Assembly (NCBI GenBank): GCA_053919585.1
Contig: CM132804.1
Direction: 5' to 3' (one strand)
DNA length: 64,000 nucleotides
Origin: Euprymna scolopes
Taxonomy: Eukaryota
Part shown: positions 26,508-39,039 of the stretch, one piece after another
Layout: the number at the start of each line of letters is the position of its first letter
Numbering within the stretch: position 1 is the stretch's first letter
Made by a program: the position numbers and the translations under genes
The notes under the pieces: model-generated
The model's input: only the letters and a program-made list of their open reading frames with translations
What the model was told of the DNA's origin: nothing
Database searches by the model: none

Positions 26508-26686
26508 ATCTATTTTTTATAATTACTGGTTCCCATATCGTATTGAATTCTATACTAGGTCTACTTATTCCCCAACATATGTGCTGTTTCTTTCAGTCGT
26601 CTTATTCTTCATCGCTCCTCCCTGTCTATAATTTTTACTTTCTCCCATAATGGTAGATGGTTTCCCTTTTCCTTCCAGATATGGTC
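26508..26686 (-). pseudogene. Penelope-like element GIY-YIG endonuclease C-terminal remnant
   Basis: Manual translation DHIWKEKGNHLPLWEKVKIIDREER*RIRRLKETAHMLG/ISRPSIEFNTIWEPVI fits the H...H..W..VKII..E...R..KE pattern of PLE GIY-YIG domains. Confidence 0.75.
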
Positions 26687-26781
26687 CCTGTAATGTTTTT
26701 AAGCCACCCTTTACTATATTGATAATAATAGAAAGGTTGTAATACTTGTTACGTTGTACAGTACATTATTACAGTTTAGTT

Positions 26782-27208
26782 TAGGCCTCTTGATTCCTTT
26801 GGGTCTATAGGGCCGCAACGACGCTCCTCCAACGGACCCGGTTCTGGCTGGTCTTCTTCAGTTCGGCGCATTTCATTCCGGAAGCCCTGGTCTCAGCTTC
26901 AATGCTTCTTTTTCATGTCTGCCTCGGGCGACCAATTTTACGCTTGCCTTGCAGGTTCCATTTAAGGAACTGCCTGGTGATGTTAGATGCAGTTTCCGCA
27001 AGGTGTGGCCAATTGAGTTCCATTTTTGTTTTTTGATCTCTATCTCCATTCGGGTTTGGTTGGTCTTGTCCCAAAGTTGTTCATTGGAGGTGGAGTCTCT
27101 TGCCATCTGATGTTTAGGATGTTTCTGAGACATTTGTTGGTGAATGTCTGGAGTTTGTGGGTGTTAGTTTTGGTCACACTCCACATTTCTAAGTCATAGA
27201 GTACAGTT
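26782..27208 (-). mobile_element. RTE (BovB-like) LINE 3' fragment
   Basis: SNEQLWDKTNQ...IGHTLRK; WNLQGKRKIGRPRQT; QNRVRWRSVVAAL; short repeat tail. Confidence 0.9.
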
Positions 27209-27394
27209 CAGTACTATACATAAATATGTACAGAATATTTGATTATCACGGTTTATATGGGTTTATAGTGGAAATCCGTGATATTAATATATTGGAAAAC
27301 CTGTGAAGTAATGAGTCCATGATAATCGAACTGCAATTACTGTATATTTGTATTTGTTTCGTATGACCATGATCTTTTCTCATTTCCGTTGCAG

Positions 27395-27604
27395 TAGTGA
27401 CAATGAAGCCAAAATGCTGTTGTGGTGGTACCAGTGTTTCAAGATATTGGTGCAGCAACTGGACAGTCAGTTATGTCCCACGATGCCCATCTCCGAGCTG
27501 ATTGCCTCGTTCATTGTCGTATTGACACCACTGGCTGAAGACAAAGACACGACAGGAATTCTGGGAGCCATTGGCCTTGGTCGAAGGTCGAATCTATCAA
27601 TCAA
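27395..27604 (+). CDS. EPG5: EPG5 penultimate exon: SDNEAKMLLWWYQCFKILVQQLDSQLCPTMPISELIASFIVVLTPLAEDKDTTGILGAIGLGRRSNLSI
   Basis: ttgcag acceptor, GTGAGC donor. Contains hallmark EPG5 motifs EAKLFLWW and GILGAIGFGRKSPLS. Confidence 0.96.
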
Positions 27605-27642
27605 GTGAGCCTTTGCAATTCAATATCATCTTTTCTTTTAAA

Positions 27643-28346
27643 CTAGGGGGGGGGGTACCCGGCGCGATGCCCGGGTGTCTTGAGGTAAATCAAAACTCCG
27701 GCAGGGGGTTAAATAATAAAAAAAATATTTTGGTAGGTGAGTGTATGAGGATCGAACCCGTACCTTTGAGTTTGAAATTAATGTGTGAAAAAAAAAAACG
27801 TGCTAAGTTAACCATTGAGCCACGGCGACAGACAACGCTAAGCAGGTTATTGAACTATAAAAACAGGCGTGCGCAATAAAAGTTAACTCTGCTGCTTCCA
27901 TTTGACCTAATTAAGAAGGTCAAATAGAAGTCACGCAGCGTTTGGGTTTGTTTACCCAAATTTAACTGTTTCTTCCCCCAACAGATGTTGGGGAGGGGGA
28001 AAGCCGCTCCCAATTGTCCAGATTGAATAGCAACTGATCATCAAAGCTGATTGCTTCTGGACGTTTTTCCCGGCGCAATGCCGAAGACATCGTTTGAGTT
28101 TAGTTTCACTTTATTTATACTAAAAAGCCCAATCAACATGCGAGAAGCCAAAATAGCAATAATTTTGTAAAAGTCGGCGTAAATAAATCTATAAGTTACA
28201 TGCGTTCCCAAATCCTACATATTATTATCTAGAACCTATATACACAGTTTTAAGCGATAGTAACGACCCCGGGAGCGTGTGCGAGAAAAGCCTTTTGAAG
28301 ACATACATTAAATGGTCACACACATTTTGCCTTTTATATATATAGA
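27643..28346 (-). mobile_element. Non-autonomous Helitron with internal tRNA-like segment
   Basis: On minus: A|TCTATATATATAAAAGG...cccgggcatcgcgccggg...CTAG|T. Confidence 0.8.
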
Positions 28347-28799
28347 TTAGTGAACGTTTTCGGTACTCCTTCATAGATCTATCTAGATCAAGTGTGAATG
28401 TTGAAACAAAATAAAAAAATATATAGTAACATAACCTGTATGATGTACTTACTTGTGAGGGAAAAATAAATACAAGTGTTAGAGCAATTAATCAGAACTT
28501 TGACAGATCAGGCTGTCTGAAGATATCGACTTGCTGACCTAAAATGCACCAAACATTGACGTTATTGTCTATTTCTTCCTTTGCCAACACTTTTTTCAAG
28601 CACTATGGATAATAATAATCACGGTAATAATCACGACAAGTTTATGAAATGCAAAAATTCTCATATTTTAGAACTATCGAACTTCATAATGAAAGATTAT
28701 CATTGTGAGACCGTCTTAAAATCTAAGTATCGTTACCTTTTAAACTAACTAAATTTAAAAGTAAAAATTTTTTAATCATCTATATTATAATTCTAAAAA

Positions 28800-29302
28800 C
28801 AGCCTATCCTGCCTTGACAGAGTACAAAATAGACAACCTCTCTCCCAAAGAAGAGACATTGCGAGCTGTCTTTGTTTTATTTTTATTTCCATGGCAAGTG
28901 CTCGTCAGAGCTCCAATCTCTGGTCCCCCATCGCCAATCTTTCATGATAAACACCCGTCTAGCTAAAACCACTGTCAGTAATTTCCCCCACTCTTTATCT
29001 GTGCCTAAATCAAAACGTAGATTCCATGAACAAAGTTTCTTTCTTAGAAGTGCACGCCTATGGAATTCTCTTCAGTTTTCCTGTTTCCCACCTGACTACA
29101 ACTTGGATGTCTTCAAGTCCAACATAAACAAATTCCTGATTAATCGCCCCCTTAAGTAAGACACTTTATCAAATCTCCAATACCAACTATTACTACGATA
29201 TTATCCCATTGATTATTGTACACATAATAACCCTTATCCCCGAGTGGCTTCGAGGCCTTGATAAGTGGTGATCCCCCATGTAAAAAAAAAAAAAAAAAAA
29301 AA
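28800..29302 (+). mobile_element. CR1/jockey-like LINE 3' fragment (family B); relatives at 5990-6160, 57205-57585, 61125-62035 (+) and 49380-50195 (-)
   Basis: HEQSFFLRSARLWNSL..CFPPDYNLDVFKSNIN peptide, shared 3' UTR and poly-A. Confidence 0.9.
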
Positions 29303-29848
29303 ATTCAGATCATAAAGTGTTAATAATTAAAAAAAGAACGATAGTGGAAACAAATTATTAATTACTCCCCATACCCAACAAAACAAAAAACATCTGACCT
29401 AAAATATATTTCCAATTCCAAAACCAGAAGCCATCATCAAGTAGATTGCTCCCTTTTTATCAACTAGACTTAAGGCTATTATCTCTAGCGTGTATGCAAA
29501 TGAACTCTCGAAAAATACTTTGGGTGTAAACTAAAAAAAAAAACAAATTCAAAATCGTTTTTGGTCCCCCAACAAAAGAAGGGTGCACCTGTAAATTCAC
29601 CCTCGTCCGTTCGTCTGTCCACACTTTTCTCAATAACTACGCTTTGGAATTTTTTGAAATTTTGCACAAACATTAAACATGATATGAATAAAAAAGTAAC
29701 AGAACAGATTTTCCAGGCAAACTCTGGTTTCAAAATTTGTGCTAACTACACAAACACACGCTGACTCAAATTTTATGTCAACAACATCGGAGAAATTGAA
29801 AAATAACATATCTACAACCATGGAGTTGTAGATGTTATTTTTTCTTTT

Positions 29849-30302
29849 GGTACTTGTACAGTTTAATCAAGACATTAAAAAATGAAAATATCGAAAAAAG
29901 TTTAAATTGTACGTATCCGTTATGGAACGAAGTTCTCCGAAAAGAAATTTCACTTAATTTCATCAAGTAGTTTTTGTTTTACAGCGAAAAAACAATTTGT
30001 TATGATACCGAGCAAAAGGTTCGATTTTTAGGAAGAAAAGCTAATATTAAAGATGGGGAGGGAGTGTCGGCGCTTTACATGGAGTTATCGCCTCATGGCG
30101 TTTCTGAACTCCAAACAAAAAACAAAAAAAAAAACAACGCGCTCTCATAAAAACGTGTTTTTCTGCTGTAAAAAAAAAAAATACTCAATCAAATTAAGTG
30201 AAATTTTTTTCCAGAGATCTTCAGTTCAAAACGGATATGTACAATATAACCTTTTTTCGATAATTTCATTTTTTAATATCTTCATTAAACTGTACAAGTA
30301 CC
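29849..30302. mobile_element. Fold-back MITE family 1, copy 3
   Basis: GGTACTTGTACA...TGTACAAGTACC termini. Confidence 0.85.
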
Positions 30303-31448
30303 TTTAATTTAGAGAATATAACCCGACAGTTCGACACATTAATTGTCAATATAACAATTGAAAATTATTCAAATCTTCCAATATTGTCATTATTTTTTTA
30401 ATTTTATTTTTTACCTTGTCTCATACCTAACAGTGTTTTTCGAAAAGACTGTATCACCATAGCCTTACACACTATGCACAATGTTTCAAGAAAATTACAA
30501 TATCTTCACCCCCCCCCCCCAAAAAAAAATAATAAATAAAGATTCTTTGTGTAGTTTTTAATGTCAAGAACTCTGAAAATTCCCTGCTACATGCTTAGGG
30601 CTATGGAATATTAAGCATGCAACAAATATATATATAAAAATAACCCTAGAGTTACAAAAAATAAGAAATATTTATTGTACCTAAAACATGGAAACATTTA
30701 TTTTAAAATTTATTTTCTTTAGAAAAAACAAAACAATATTTACAAATATTAAATATGCTTTCTTTGTTCTACCAGACGTTTTAAAGCATTTAAGGGAGAT
30801 AATCAAGTCTAACTTCAGTCTAATGTTTTCATTTAGAAGAAAGACAGAGTAAAAAAGAATATTGAAATAATATTTCTTTGGTTAGAGAGAAAGATAGAAA
30901 GCATTATATTTACCAGAAATCCAGTTTTTTCTTTGAGGAATGCAGGTAATTGATTCTTTTTTTTTCAATGGGTTCCTTTTGGTTGGAGAATTATCTTAGG
31001 AATTGTGCCGGAATCAACAGTAGTTAGCGTCTTAGCAACTGACATCTCAACTCGTTGATTATCTGCTTCATTAACTTGACTGCATAATGAAAGAGTATAC
31101 ACAAACACCGTTTTTTTTTTTTTTTTTTTTTATAGTTTTGGTGGATGGAACATTCCAGAATTGCTCCAAATAAAATATTTTTTAATATTCCATATTTTAG
31201 AACATTCCAGAATCTCTCCAAATGGAATACTTTAACGTTCCATATTTTAGGACGTTCTGGAATCACTCCAAAAAAGAACATTTTTATATTTCCTAATAAT
31301 GTAATATTTTTAATAGTAATAATTATACATTTTTAATATTATTATAAAAAAAACTGGAACATCTTAATACTTTTATGAGGAAAATGTCCTCCCATGACAT
31401 CCCCAAAAATGTTTCACTTCATTTCTACTCCTTTCTTTCTTCCCACAG

Positions 31449-31776
31449 GTTCCGCCTGATTGCACGAGCATTGGCAGTATTTCTTCACACAACCATTCAC
31501 CCTGATCTCTCTCTGCGGGTCCACCCTGAGATGTCTATCATCTTCCAAGGACCTGGAAAGCATGCCCTCAACTCCCTGAAATGCCTCAGGAACAGCCGCC
31601 AATATGCCTCGCTGATTAACGAAATAAATTATTGCTGTGATTTTGTGGTCAACCCGGCCAACGTGTTCCGACACTCGCTCTCACTTTTGGAACATCTTGT
31701 GCGGAACTTCTACCCCCATAAGGGCTACTGGACGGTGTCATTGCCACCGTTAAAGCCTTCCACACCTGATTCTTGA
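31449..31776 (+). CDS. EPG5: EPG5 terminal coding exon: FRLIARALAVFLHTTIHPDLSLRVHPE...LLEHLVRNFYPHKGYWTVSLPPLKPSTPDS*
   Basis: tcccacag acceptor. Matches EPG5 FRVVARSMAAFL...LVNCLYP. Stop TGA at 31774-31776; AATAAA at about 31846. Confidence 0.95.
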
Positions 31777-32922
31777 AGCCTCATAATGCCCTCTTCCCTT
31801 TCTTATACACACACCACACACGCATGATGTAAAGCAGGAAATGAAAATAAAAAAAAATAATACGACTGAAATTCTTTAGCGGAAGAAGATCGACAGAAGA
31901 TTGTGTATTTAAAAAACAAAAATACGGCAAAAATTGAAAACGGTTTTGAAACTGATGATGCTTCGACTGACATTTCACAGGTTATCCTCAGATGACATCA
32001 CAGAATGTGTTGCTATAGAAATAGGATTTAAGTGATGCTTCATTAGAATTATACCAATTTTAAAAACAAAAATACAGAAAACTGTGAAAACCCCCCCCCA
32101 AAAAAAACTTTATAACCATCGTATGTCATATTCCAAAAATCACAAATTGATCAAATAATATTTTTGTTTGTTTTTACTAAGAAAATCAAATTTTATGAAG
32201 AAGTGACACGTCATGTTTTGATCTGAATAAGAGAGAGACAACTCAATTTGAACTATCGAGATCAAAATTAGCCTCATAATAGCTACAATTTCCTATTAAA
32301 AATCGCTAAAAATGATTTTCTATAGAAAACAACTCTTTGATCAATTTACATAATTTTCGGAATATGACATCTTTGTTCTCGATGACAGGTACATGCAAAA
32401 AAAAAAACTTTTTTTCCTGCAATTTAGTTTTTTAAAATAGGTTTGATTCTAAATAAGCACCGTTTAATTTGTTAAAGGTTTTGTCTCGGCCAATTTTAAC
32501 CATCTGACATTTGCCAATTGTCCAAATCGGAATTCATCGTTCATCTCCAGATTTCCTTCGATGATATCTCACTCTGGGTGGAAATTTGAAGGGGTTGTCA
32601 CTGCTCTCTTTGATTTGTTTTTAAATCCTGCGTGTAAAAATATTGGCCTTATAAATTATCTGACGTCACTCATGCTCACTTTTGGTTTTTATGCAAATGC
32701 AATGTAAAAGCCAGAAGTGAACGATGTCCGAGAAATAGTATATTGCATGAAACCTTTGGCTATGACTGAATGGTCCATAAGTTTTATTTAATTATAATGC
32801 GCTATCAGAGAATGGATCGAGCACTGTTAACAAATCTAAATCCAATATTTTAATCTGCTTCCGCCTTTTTAAAAAGCCGAACACACACACACACACACAA
32901 TATATATATATATATGCAGTGC

Positions 32923-33312
32923 TTATCCATAATTCTCTCTACATAAAAAAAAAACAATAAAGAAAAATCTGTATCATGTCCGTGACAGAACGAAAACCAT
33001 ATTCCAAAAAGCATGTAAATTGATCAAGTAGTTTTATTTTCGTGAATAAAAAAAAATATCAAACAACTAATGGGAATTTGTAGGCATTACAAAAGGAATC
33101 TTGCAAAGTTTGAATTATGTTGAATTATCTCTGTTGTTTCTTGAAACTGTTTTCAAAATGGCGTTGCGAGACGGTTGCTCCTCAGTCATAAAATTTGATT
33201 TTCTTTGAAAAAAAAGAATGCTTGACATGGTTTTTGGAATACGATATTTTCTTTCCATCATGGATACGTTTTTCTTTATTTTTGTTCTTTATATAAAGGA
33301 GTTGTGGACAGG
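32923..33312. mobile_element. Diverged MITE family 2 (relatives near 13445-13570, 21776-22095, 32115-32420, 38135-38290)
   Basis: Imperfect long TIRs containing attccaaaaa...aaattgatcaagtagtttt. Confidence 0.6.
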
Positions 33313-33517
33313 CACCAAATATGATTATGGCAAGTAAGCTGCACAGAAACGTTATTGTTTCATTCAATGAAGGAATACCTCAGGCCAACTGAAAATTAAC
33401 ATCCTCCCATTCCTTTTATGCTTAGATAATTTTACAGGCATCTATTATCAATTCGAAATATTAATTTTTATTGCCAACATGAAGCACCCACTTTTGTCAG
33501 TTAATAAAACTTAATTG

Positions 33518-33561
<44 letters not shown>

Positions 33562-34060
33562 GAATTAAAAGTTTATTATATCAGGTTGAAAAGAAAAAGA
33601 ACCTCGATGCATTTCAAAGTTATTTAACTTTTCTCATATGAATTACTCCTCCTAATAGCGTAGAACTGTATAGTATCAAGATAGGGTTTTCTTTTTTAAA
33701 CTGTATCTTTATCAATTTCATTTATTACTTTTATTATATATAAAATAAAATTTCTTTTAGTTTGTCTGTCCATTCCCCTTTTTAGGGATTAGTCATCACA
33801 GTACCACATTTATTTTAAACGTTTTATCGGAAACTACTGGACTGATCTGACTGAAATTTTGTATGGACCTTTTTTATGATAAACCGCAATGAACTTAGTA
33901 TTATAATATTTATAATATCTGTTTGATGCACAGTTAGGGATCAATAGTGATTATTATTTAATGCAAAAATGAGCACACATTCAAAAAATCATCAATTTGG
34001 TGCAAAGCATTCATTCTAAGTCAAAAGTTTATAACTTTTTCTGGACTGAAAAGTCATATA

Positions 34061-34095
<35 letters not shown>

Positions 34096-34156
34096 GTGGC
34101 GGAGAAATTACTGATGTTTTTGAAATTTGCTGTTTTTTTAAAACCACCCATTATTT

Positions 34157-34187
<31 letters not shown>

Positions 34188-35869
34188 CGAACTTTGGAGT
34201 AATTCGCCAACTTATATATGCGTGGTTGCCAAAAGAGCACTTTTAGCTAGTTGCCGCAATTACCCCAAAGTATGGTATATATGAGAGAGAGGGAGGGAAA
34301 ACGATTCAAAATAATTATCACCCCCCCCTCCTAAAAAAAAAAAAAAAAAAAAAATCCGGGGAGGAGAATCAAAATTTCCATTTTAATAATTTTTTGCAAG
34401 AAAATGAAAAAGATAAAAATCAAGATAATACTAAATCCTTTTGTAAAACCATTTTCTTTCCATATTGAAACAGATATGAGGAATTATTATAAAACGGTCA
34501 TCAGACAAGGATTTAAACAAATATTTATTGGAACTTCAAAGTTTATAATATTGAGTTTGCAACAAAGTTCTTACTATTACTTAAACTGAAAATGTAAAAA
34601 AAAAAAAAATTTAAATAAAAATAATTAATTAATAATGAATTCTTCCCATCATTAAGATTTTTAATTGGTAGAAACAAAAAAAAAAATTTAAATAAAAATA
34701 ATTAATTAATAATGAATTCTTCCCATCATTAAGATTTTTAATTGGTAGAAACAAAAAAAAAAATGAGAGCAAAAAGAAACGTGTTGAAACTGTTTGCATT
34801 TTTTGAACATTTCATTTTAATGATCTAAAAATAAATAAGAAAAGTAGATTCCAGGATTTTAAAACAATACAATAAAAATAAAAAAAATTATACGTGGGAA
34901 CTAAGTTGCCAACCCAATGTATAAACTACATAGTTATCTTTTAGAAAACACTTAATCTGAGTCTAAAATAAGGAACTCATCAATAAATAAAATTAAAGAT
35001 AATTTAATGTTCTATTATGGTAACGAAGTGGTTAACGTCAACACCACAGATTGAAAACCTGGTTGTGTCAAGTCCAAACCCACAACTGATCTTGTGTCTA
35101 ACCTCCTGGTGGGGCGTTTAAATAAAATAATTTAAAATTCTTTGGAACTTGCAGACGTCTATTGTCTCGTTTCGCCTCCTGTCTACATCATGTTAGCATG
35201 ATTTACATTTTTTTGTGTGTGTGTGACTTTGTATGCTGCTGTTTTTGCTGAAAATATCACCCCCCCCCCCTTTCTATAAAAAAAAAAAATCAGGTGAAGA
35301 ATCTGTAATTAACAGTGAATAAGATTGAGTTTTGAATCACCCAATCTTGTTTTCTTCAATCTTGGCCTTGCAGGAAAAAGAAAAACGATGGCTTTGGCAA
35401 ATGATTATAAAAAAATATAAATAAAGAAATTATTTGGATCTTTTTTTTTTTAAATTAAAACGAAAGCTGACAAAATACAAAACTTTCTGCTAAATTTGAT
35501 AACAGATTCTTTTTGTTTTTGGTTGCAAAAACTATCTGAAAAAAAAAAAAATGTAAAATTGTTAATAATAAAATATTTCAAAAAAAAAAAAAAAAAAAAA
35601 GGATAGAAAACTGACCTTATTTTGTGCCTGAGGATTTTTTTTTTTAAATAAGAACAAGAGTTATGCCCTTTAGATATATATTTTTTCTTTTTCTTCAATC
35701 CTCTTTGAAATCATTCAGCAGTAATTAAAAAAATGAGTAAATGGTACGAAAACATTCAAATGAGGATAATTTGTTTTATTCAGACTACGAATCTCAGCCT
35801 GGTTGTTGTCACAACGTTTTGGCTGATGTTATCTCCAACCTTCTTCAAGCGCATCTTTTTGAACATAGA

Positions 35870-36150
35870 CCCTGCACCATTCGAGTAGCCAGTCTATCGA
35901 ATCTGCCTTATGAAAAAAAAAAAACTCAAACAGCTTAACTTTTTCTACCTTGAACGCCAACAATAACGTGATGATCTCATTTTTGTTTGCAATCTCAAGA
36001 CCTATTATTTACTCCTGCTTCAGATAGAGATCTACACGGACACTACAAGAAGGAGGGCAAACTTTTTCAAGCAAAATCCCCGAATCTTGGAATATAGAAT
36101 AAATAATAAATGCACCAACACGGCAATTCATGGTGAATTTGGATATGTGC
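35870..36150 (+). mobile_element. Old CR1/L2-type LINE 3' remnant
   Basis: Degenerate LSNLPYEK.LKQLNFFYLERQQ*RDDLI resembles the CR1 motif LSYEERL..L.LFSLE.RRLRGDLI. Confidence 0.6.
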
Positions 36151-37226
36151 TTGACTACTGTGTCCTCTTTCATGTAAATTTCAACAACTTTTTCCCTGCA
36201 TGGCAATTAATGCATGGTTGTTTAAATTTTTTTGCCAAATAAATTGAATTAAACACAAAAGACCAACTTGGAAATCTTCCAATTGGTTTCCAAATCAACA
36301 ATGATGTATTATATATATATATATACAAAAAAAAAAAAGGTAGGCTGCATCGGCTGACACGTTGTGGATAATTACAATAAGAATGAGGATAGTCGTCTGA
36401 ATAATCCAACAAAAAAAAAAAATGGATTTTTTTTTTTTTTAATTTTATTAAAAGTCAAAACGTTAGAGACTTTCTTATTCCTTTTTTTTATCCTCAGGTA
36501 CAACGGGTTGAATTCTAGAGTATTTATTAATATGTATATACATATTTTTTTTGTATATTTGAAAAAAGAAAAACCATATCAACAGATTATTAATTAATTA
36601 CAGTACGTTATTGTTGTTGTTGTTGCTATGAGTGAGTTTTGAACAAGTGGGTGCGTCTGAAAGGATGAAAAACGATTGTAAAAAGGGGTTAAAAGGTCAG
36701 ACAAAAACATTTTCAAAATGAGAGACATTTGACTATGGCTGACCTTGGCTCCACAAATTCCATTTTAAAAAATTTTTCCTTTTTTTTTTATTATATATAA
36801 TTTTTCTTTTTACAAATTTTGTTATTTTCTTGTCCTCCATTAAAATTTTATTTACATTCAGTATTTTTCTTTAATCATTTTTTCTTTTAATTAAAAAAAA
36901 AAAAATGGAGAATGCTATTCCGAAAGAAAAATAAAAATAAATGCAAATCTGCTTCTTTTTTTTTTTTTTTAATTTTATTTTATTTATCCGGCATCCAGGG
37001 ACCTTTACAGAGAAGGGGTGGGATTTCGCTGTTAGTTGGATGGATCAGGATTAATTACATTGAAGGGGACCAAGTTTAGCAGAGCATAATCTGAATGAGG
37101 AATTGTTGGTTAAAATCAATCATGGCTGGGAGGGGCTTCAGTATGAATTTAATTTAGAAATTGCAATGTTAAATATATTTTCTAAATTTTATTTGGTGCT
37201 TTTGCAGAATAATGAATTTTAAAAAA

Positions 37227-38081
37227 TAGTCAGCGAACGTACTTCCTAACTTCCGGTGTAGCTGCTATCAAAATGATGACAAGGCAAATCAGTTTCTTTG
37301 CTTTTTTTTCTCCTACATCTATGCATGTACTCTTGTTTTTTTTAGATTTTTCCGATTGTTTTTTTTATTTAATAATCATTGAGAAGTTTTTTTTTTATTT
37401 AATAATCATTGAAAAGTTTTGTTTTTTTTATTTAATAATCATTGAAAACTTTTTTGTTTTTTTGGGTCTTATTTTAATCAAGAATTATTGAAATTAGCTT
37501 TATTTTTATGAATTCTTGAAAACACTTTTTAAAATTTTAATAAAGAATTATTGAAATTGTGTTATTTTTATCTGTATAATTTTGTTAATTTTTATTGTTT
37601 AATCTATATCTATAAAAGTGTACATTTCCCTATGCAATAACTCTGTCAATTTTTAAGTCTACAGACTCAAAATTTGATATGGAGTACTGAGATTTGGGAA
37701 AATCTTTGTAATCCGTTTTCGGCCATTCGGATTTGAACTTTGAGAACTCTACAAACTCCTCCACCAATTTTGGGTCTAAACACTTGAAATTTTAGATAAA
37801 GGTTCCTTGGACATGGAGCTAACTTAATAACTTGATTTGAGCCCAAAACAATAAATGTTAAGGGGTCAAAGTTAAAAAATTGACCGCTTTTTTTTTTTTT
37901 TTTTTGTGCTCAACATACACCTTCAAACCCCCGGGCAGAAATGCTAGTTTTTCAATAATATCATTTTCTTATATTTTATTTCAATAAATCGCTTCATGTT
38001 AGAAAATGAAGGAACTGATTTATCTTGTCATTGCTTCCAGTAGCAGACATGCTGGAAGTTAGGAAATACGTTCGCTGACTA
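37227..38081. mobile_element. TIR element (about 70-bp TIRs) with a nested Helitron at 37603-37947
   Basis: TAGTCAGCGAACGTACTTCCTAACTTCC...GGAAGTTAGGAAATACGTTCGCTGACTA. The inner element reads A|TC...CTAG|T. Confidence 0.8.
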
Positions 38082-38485
38082 TATAAGCAAACACTATTAT
38101 GTAGTTATGTGTGTCATGTCGAAATTAGTATACATTCCAAAAATTATGAAAAACTGATCCGGTAGATGTGTTAGTTCTGTTTAATTTATATGATTTCTGG
38201 GATATCGTGTTTTCGTTTTCTCATAAGTACATATACCTTACAGATTTTTCTTGATTTTTCTTTTTTAATGTAAGGGGAATTCTGGGGAAGAACATATTCT
38301 TGTTATTAAGAAATAAATTAAGAAATTATTAAGAAATAAATGCGAAAAAAAAAAAATGTTGTAATGTTGAATAATTTTACCTCATAATGTGATTCTCTTA
38401 ATTTTTCAAACAAAATATTTGAAAAAATATTTATTTGTGAATATACATTCGTCATTTCATTAAAATCAATCAGTTTGTTTCTTCT

Positions 38486-38593
38486 TCAGGTTATGGCTTG
38501 CATTTCAGGCAGGATGATGTCTCTGTAGTTTTTCTGCAATTCTTTCATGTAAGCCAGATGTTCCCCAACATGAAAGCCATTCAGAGCCTCTTC
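38486..38593 (-). CDS. TBC1D32: TBC1D32/BROMI terminal exon: EEALNGFHVGEHLAYMKELQKNYRDIILPEMQAIT*
   Basis: Minus-strand atttcag acceptor, 108 nt to TGA. Matches the recalled BROMI C-terminus [24 protein letters not shown]. Confidence 0.95.
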   Translation of the reverse strand, partial: EEALNGFHVGEHLAYMKELQKNYRDIILPEMQAIT

Positions 38594-39039
38594 CTGAAAT
38601 CCAAAAGAAAATGGAACACTCATCTCTGTCGATAAACAATTTGAAGGGAGATAAAGTTATAGTGAGTTTACAAAGTTTTCCATCGTTTCTGAATTTTTGG
38701 AGAAAAGGATTGTATAATTCACATTATTTTGATTATTCGGACTACTGTTCTCATCTTGGATGTGATTCAAAATAGTAAACTGAATTGAGTAGTAATAGTA
38801 TAGTTTCGGCTTCAGATGTGAAAGTAATAGTATTGACTACAGACAGATACCCAATCTCCATTATTAATAGATACCATGAAAAAGTACCTTTCTCTTTTCT
38901 TCAGAGACTTTTTTGATAAAAGCAAAAATGCAAGAATTTGTCTGCTTGGAGACTTATTACACACTGATAACAAGTTGACTGAAATACGACGCTGCATCAT
39001 ACTTAAACTCAATATCTTTTTATCAAACAAGGATTTTCA

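Noticed and set aside
34595-34762. Exact tandem duplication of about 78 bp
   Set aside because: Bounded by poly-A runs; slippage or an assembly artefact, with no other signal.
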